DNA of 63,874 nucleotides, counting the filler, from Sphacelaria rigidula (taxonomy: Eukaryota): NCBI GenBank assembly GCA_964200075.2. It is 9 parts of 9 records of this genome, joined end to end, with 100 filler letters (N's around TTAATTAATTAA, not from the genome) between each part and the next. Parts side by side here need not be neighbours in the genome. Positions count along the whole stretch, not along the records: positions 56,867 to 63,874 come from CAXNAA020016983.1; 8 more parts are not named here. One strand, given 5' to 3'. A program made the translations under genes and the position numbers. Positions 61,448-63,874 of this stretch are shown here, piece after piece. Position 1 is the first letter of the stretch. Each line of letters opens with the position of its first letter. The notes under the pieces were generated by a model, which was not told where the DNA came from, searched no databases, and saw nothing but the letters and a program-made list of their open reading frames with translations.

Positions 61448-63708
61448 TTAATGCACCTGTAAACTAGGCTTGGTTAGGGGTGAGGGAGTAGAGTTCCGGG
61501 TTCCGAAGAAGAACGTTGTCGTGCCCTGCTGCCGAAGGATCTTCGAAGCGAGGCCTTATTTTCTCTCTTGTCGTTTGCCGATGATAGGCAAGAAGAACAA
61601 CTGACCGGGCCGGTACGGCTGTACGGCGAACGGTCAACCGGGGTTTATGCAGTGGCTCTATTATTCCGAGCTCTTTCTACCGGAGACCCCGTTGCCTAGG
61701 TTGCCGCAGATCCAGTTTCGCAGGTTTGAACGTTTCGAGCCGGCTCATGTATGTCACGGGCAGACCCCGTCCCTGTGACTGTATCTCCGGTTCACATGTG
61801 TATTCTGGTGTTCATTACGCTCGTACATGTATGGTCTCCACGTACCAAATGATTCCATGCCGCCTTCGTTCACTGCCCACATCTCCCCATCTAACATGTC
61901 CCCTTCCTTATTGTACAGTGCACATTCTCCCTCTACATAAGTTATCCTCTTCACTGCTTTGCCGCAGTGGGGTGGACAGGGGGGGGGAAAGGGTACGCAT
62001 GTGTTCATGCACTATTGTAGAGTAATGGGTCGATTACTGTTTTCAGTTCTCATGCGGCTCAGGAGGCTCGTTCTTGTTCCTCTGTAAAACTGTCGGTCAT
62101 GTTGCTTGCCATGAAATTGATTGTGGATCTCAAAACCAAAGTTGCCACGTTTAATGTTCAATGTCGCAAGAAAAAATTGACGTTGAAAGAAAAAATGGGT
62201 ACTCAACGCACTGACATTTCTGCACTCGCACACGGTATTGGCCCGCACACACGCAACTGGAAAATGACTCCACCAACCCCTCCCTCGCGAGAACCCTGGT
62301 TCGTTTCACTCATTCCGTACTTGACCCTTGAGCTGTAAAAGGGGGACGGTGCGGATGTTACTTTGCTGTTGTACACCATATTCTCAGTCGTACTGGTTTC
62401 CATTACTTCCTTCCTTTCTTGACATGTTGCTTCTTGTCATTTTTTGTCCTCGCGTCTCCCCATGTCTCGCGCGCATTTATCGTGCTCGTGTTTGTCTTCG
62501 TTCGTGGTGTCCTTACCTGAAAACCATGCGGTAGGGGCCTGTCGAGTCCTATCTCTCGAGACCGGTACTAGATCTTAGCTCGGCTTTTTTTTGCTTCTCT
62601 CTTTCACTTTTCTTTTTCCCCTTCTCCTCTCCCTTTCCTTCTCTTCAGTTTCCTCTGTTTTTTGTCTTGTTTTGTTTGCTGCCATTTCTTGTTCATTTCC
62701 CCCCCTCGCTCGAGTTTTCCTCCAGCGAGTATTTCCGCCCATATACCTCGGGTACGTATCATCTCGTGACGACACGTGGATTCGTAGCGGATCAGATAGT
62801 GCACCGACAAATGAAGTCAATCAACTGAGTTTCATCATCGAATGTTATTATTATCCACCACATTTGCAATTTGCCAAAGATGCTCAGGATAGGTACTCGG
62901 GGTATATAGTGGATCCTTCATCTATCGATTCCCAGCGTCCCCTGGAGTACTGGGTACTCAAAATACCCTGAAAACCCAGACAACCTCAGGGCACTTACCG
63001 TATCCTCAGCACCTCTACGGTGTCCCCTCCCACACTTTTCTCCTCTCCGGTCCGTAGTTTCAAGAAATCAACTCATATCTCCCCCCGTCACCTGACTGAC
63101 ATTCTTTTGTCCAGCGTTGGAGCAGCAGTTCCACCCCTCGGTGGACGATTTTTGTGTTTACTACTCACGTCCTCACGGCTTCGGCAAGGGCAACCAGATT
63201 CTGCTCCAAAATACTACATACTCCGGGATTCCCACACCGCGACCTTCAGCCCCATCTGACCCTTGGTGTCCCAATTGACCCGCCTTGGACCACCTGGGCC
63301 GCGGCGATAGCTGTACCAAGTTGTTGCCAAGATAAACTCAAACCGCCCGCTGGCATGTAGATGATCCAACTGCTACCTCCAATTTCGTACACCCTTGTCA
63401 ACGCAGAAACACCAAGGCATCTTAAGCGACCTCCTCCCGTTGTTCCCGTTTCCGTCAAGCGCTCGCCTGCTCGTACCGTGCTACCGAGTGCGCCCCGACT
63501 GTGAAGAAACCCCGCTTCTCCACCCCAAACGTCTCGGGCAGGGGGGCGGGGCATGCTTCTAAGGCGGCAGTTACGAGCCCATTCACAGAAACATGATATT
63601 ATACTTGTTCTTGATGTGTGAATGCCGTGACCCCAAGTCCAAAATGCTAGCCGTATCCCCAGCATTCTGCATGTTCACCCTGTTGTATTTCGTGGAGACA
63701 CTACATTC

Positions 63709-63874
63709 CAAGGTTGTGTTCTGTAAGTACGGGTACGTTCTGTAGGGTACGATATTCCGTACAGAGTTTATAAAGCTGTCGGGTACCGGTATGAAAGTCT
63801 TACAGACTTTACAGAACTTGTCGGGTACGGTACGGGAGGCTTACAGAGAACCGGTACCGGCAGTCGGGTAACTC
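63709..63874 (-). mobile_element. End of a GGTACC-rich hAT-type element (truncated by window end)
   Basis: caaggttgtgttctgtaagtacgggta... is the reverse complement of the 35319 end of 34743-35319. Confidence 0.75.

Overview
This window is not one continuous locus. It is nine unrelated ~7-kb scaffolds (7009, 7009, then seven of 7008 bp) joined by artificial 100-nt N-TTAATTAATTAA-N linkers, as expected from a length-sorted, fragmented assembly. The DNA is eukaryotic and intron-rich, with short GC-rich exons and kb-sized introns full of repeats. The style suggests a stramenopile, probably a brown alga (inference). Manually spliced partial genes: NUP54 (3' part), an unknown multi-exon gene, a SNF1/AMPK-alpha kinase, a divergent calmodulin-like protein with two apparent GC-AG introns, an ArfGAP2/3 (Glo3)-type ArfGAP, NMD3 (3' part), a giant EVQ-repeat/Ig-like protein and an EFM7/NNT1-type methyltransferase. 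The rest is dominated by non-autonomous mobile elements: hAT-type MITEs with 8-bp TSDs, piggyBac-type TTAA MITEs, a Harbinger-like MITE, a tRNA-derived SINE and LINE 3' ends. The most unusual signal is a LINE and a related short element that both end in ...ATGAGTAC followed by a C-rich tail instead of poly(A). They repeatedly stack head-to-tail across C/G runs, which suggests poly(C)-tailed, homopolymer-targeting retroposition. All family assignments come from visual motif recognition; no searches were run.
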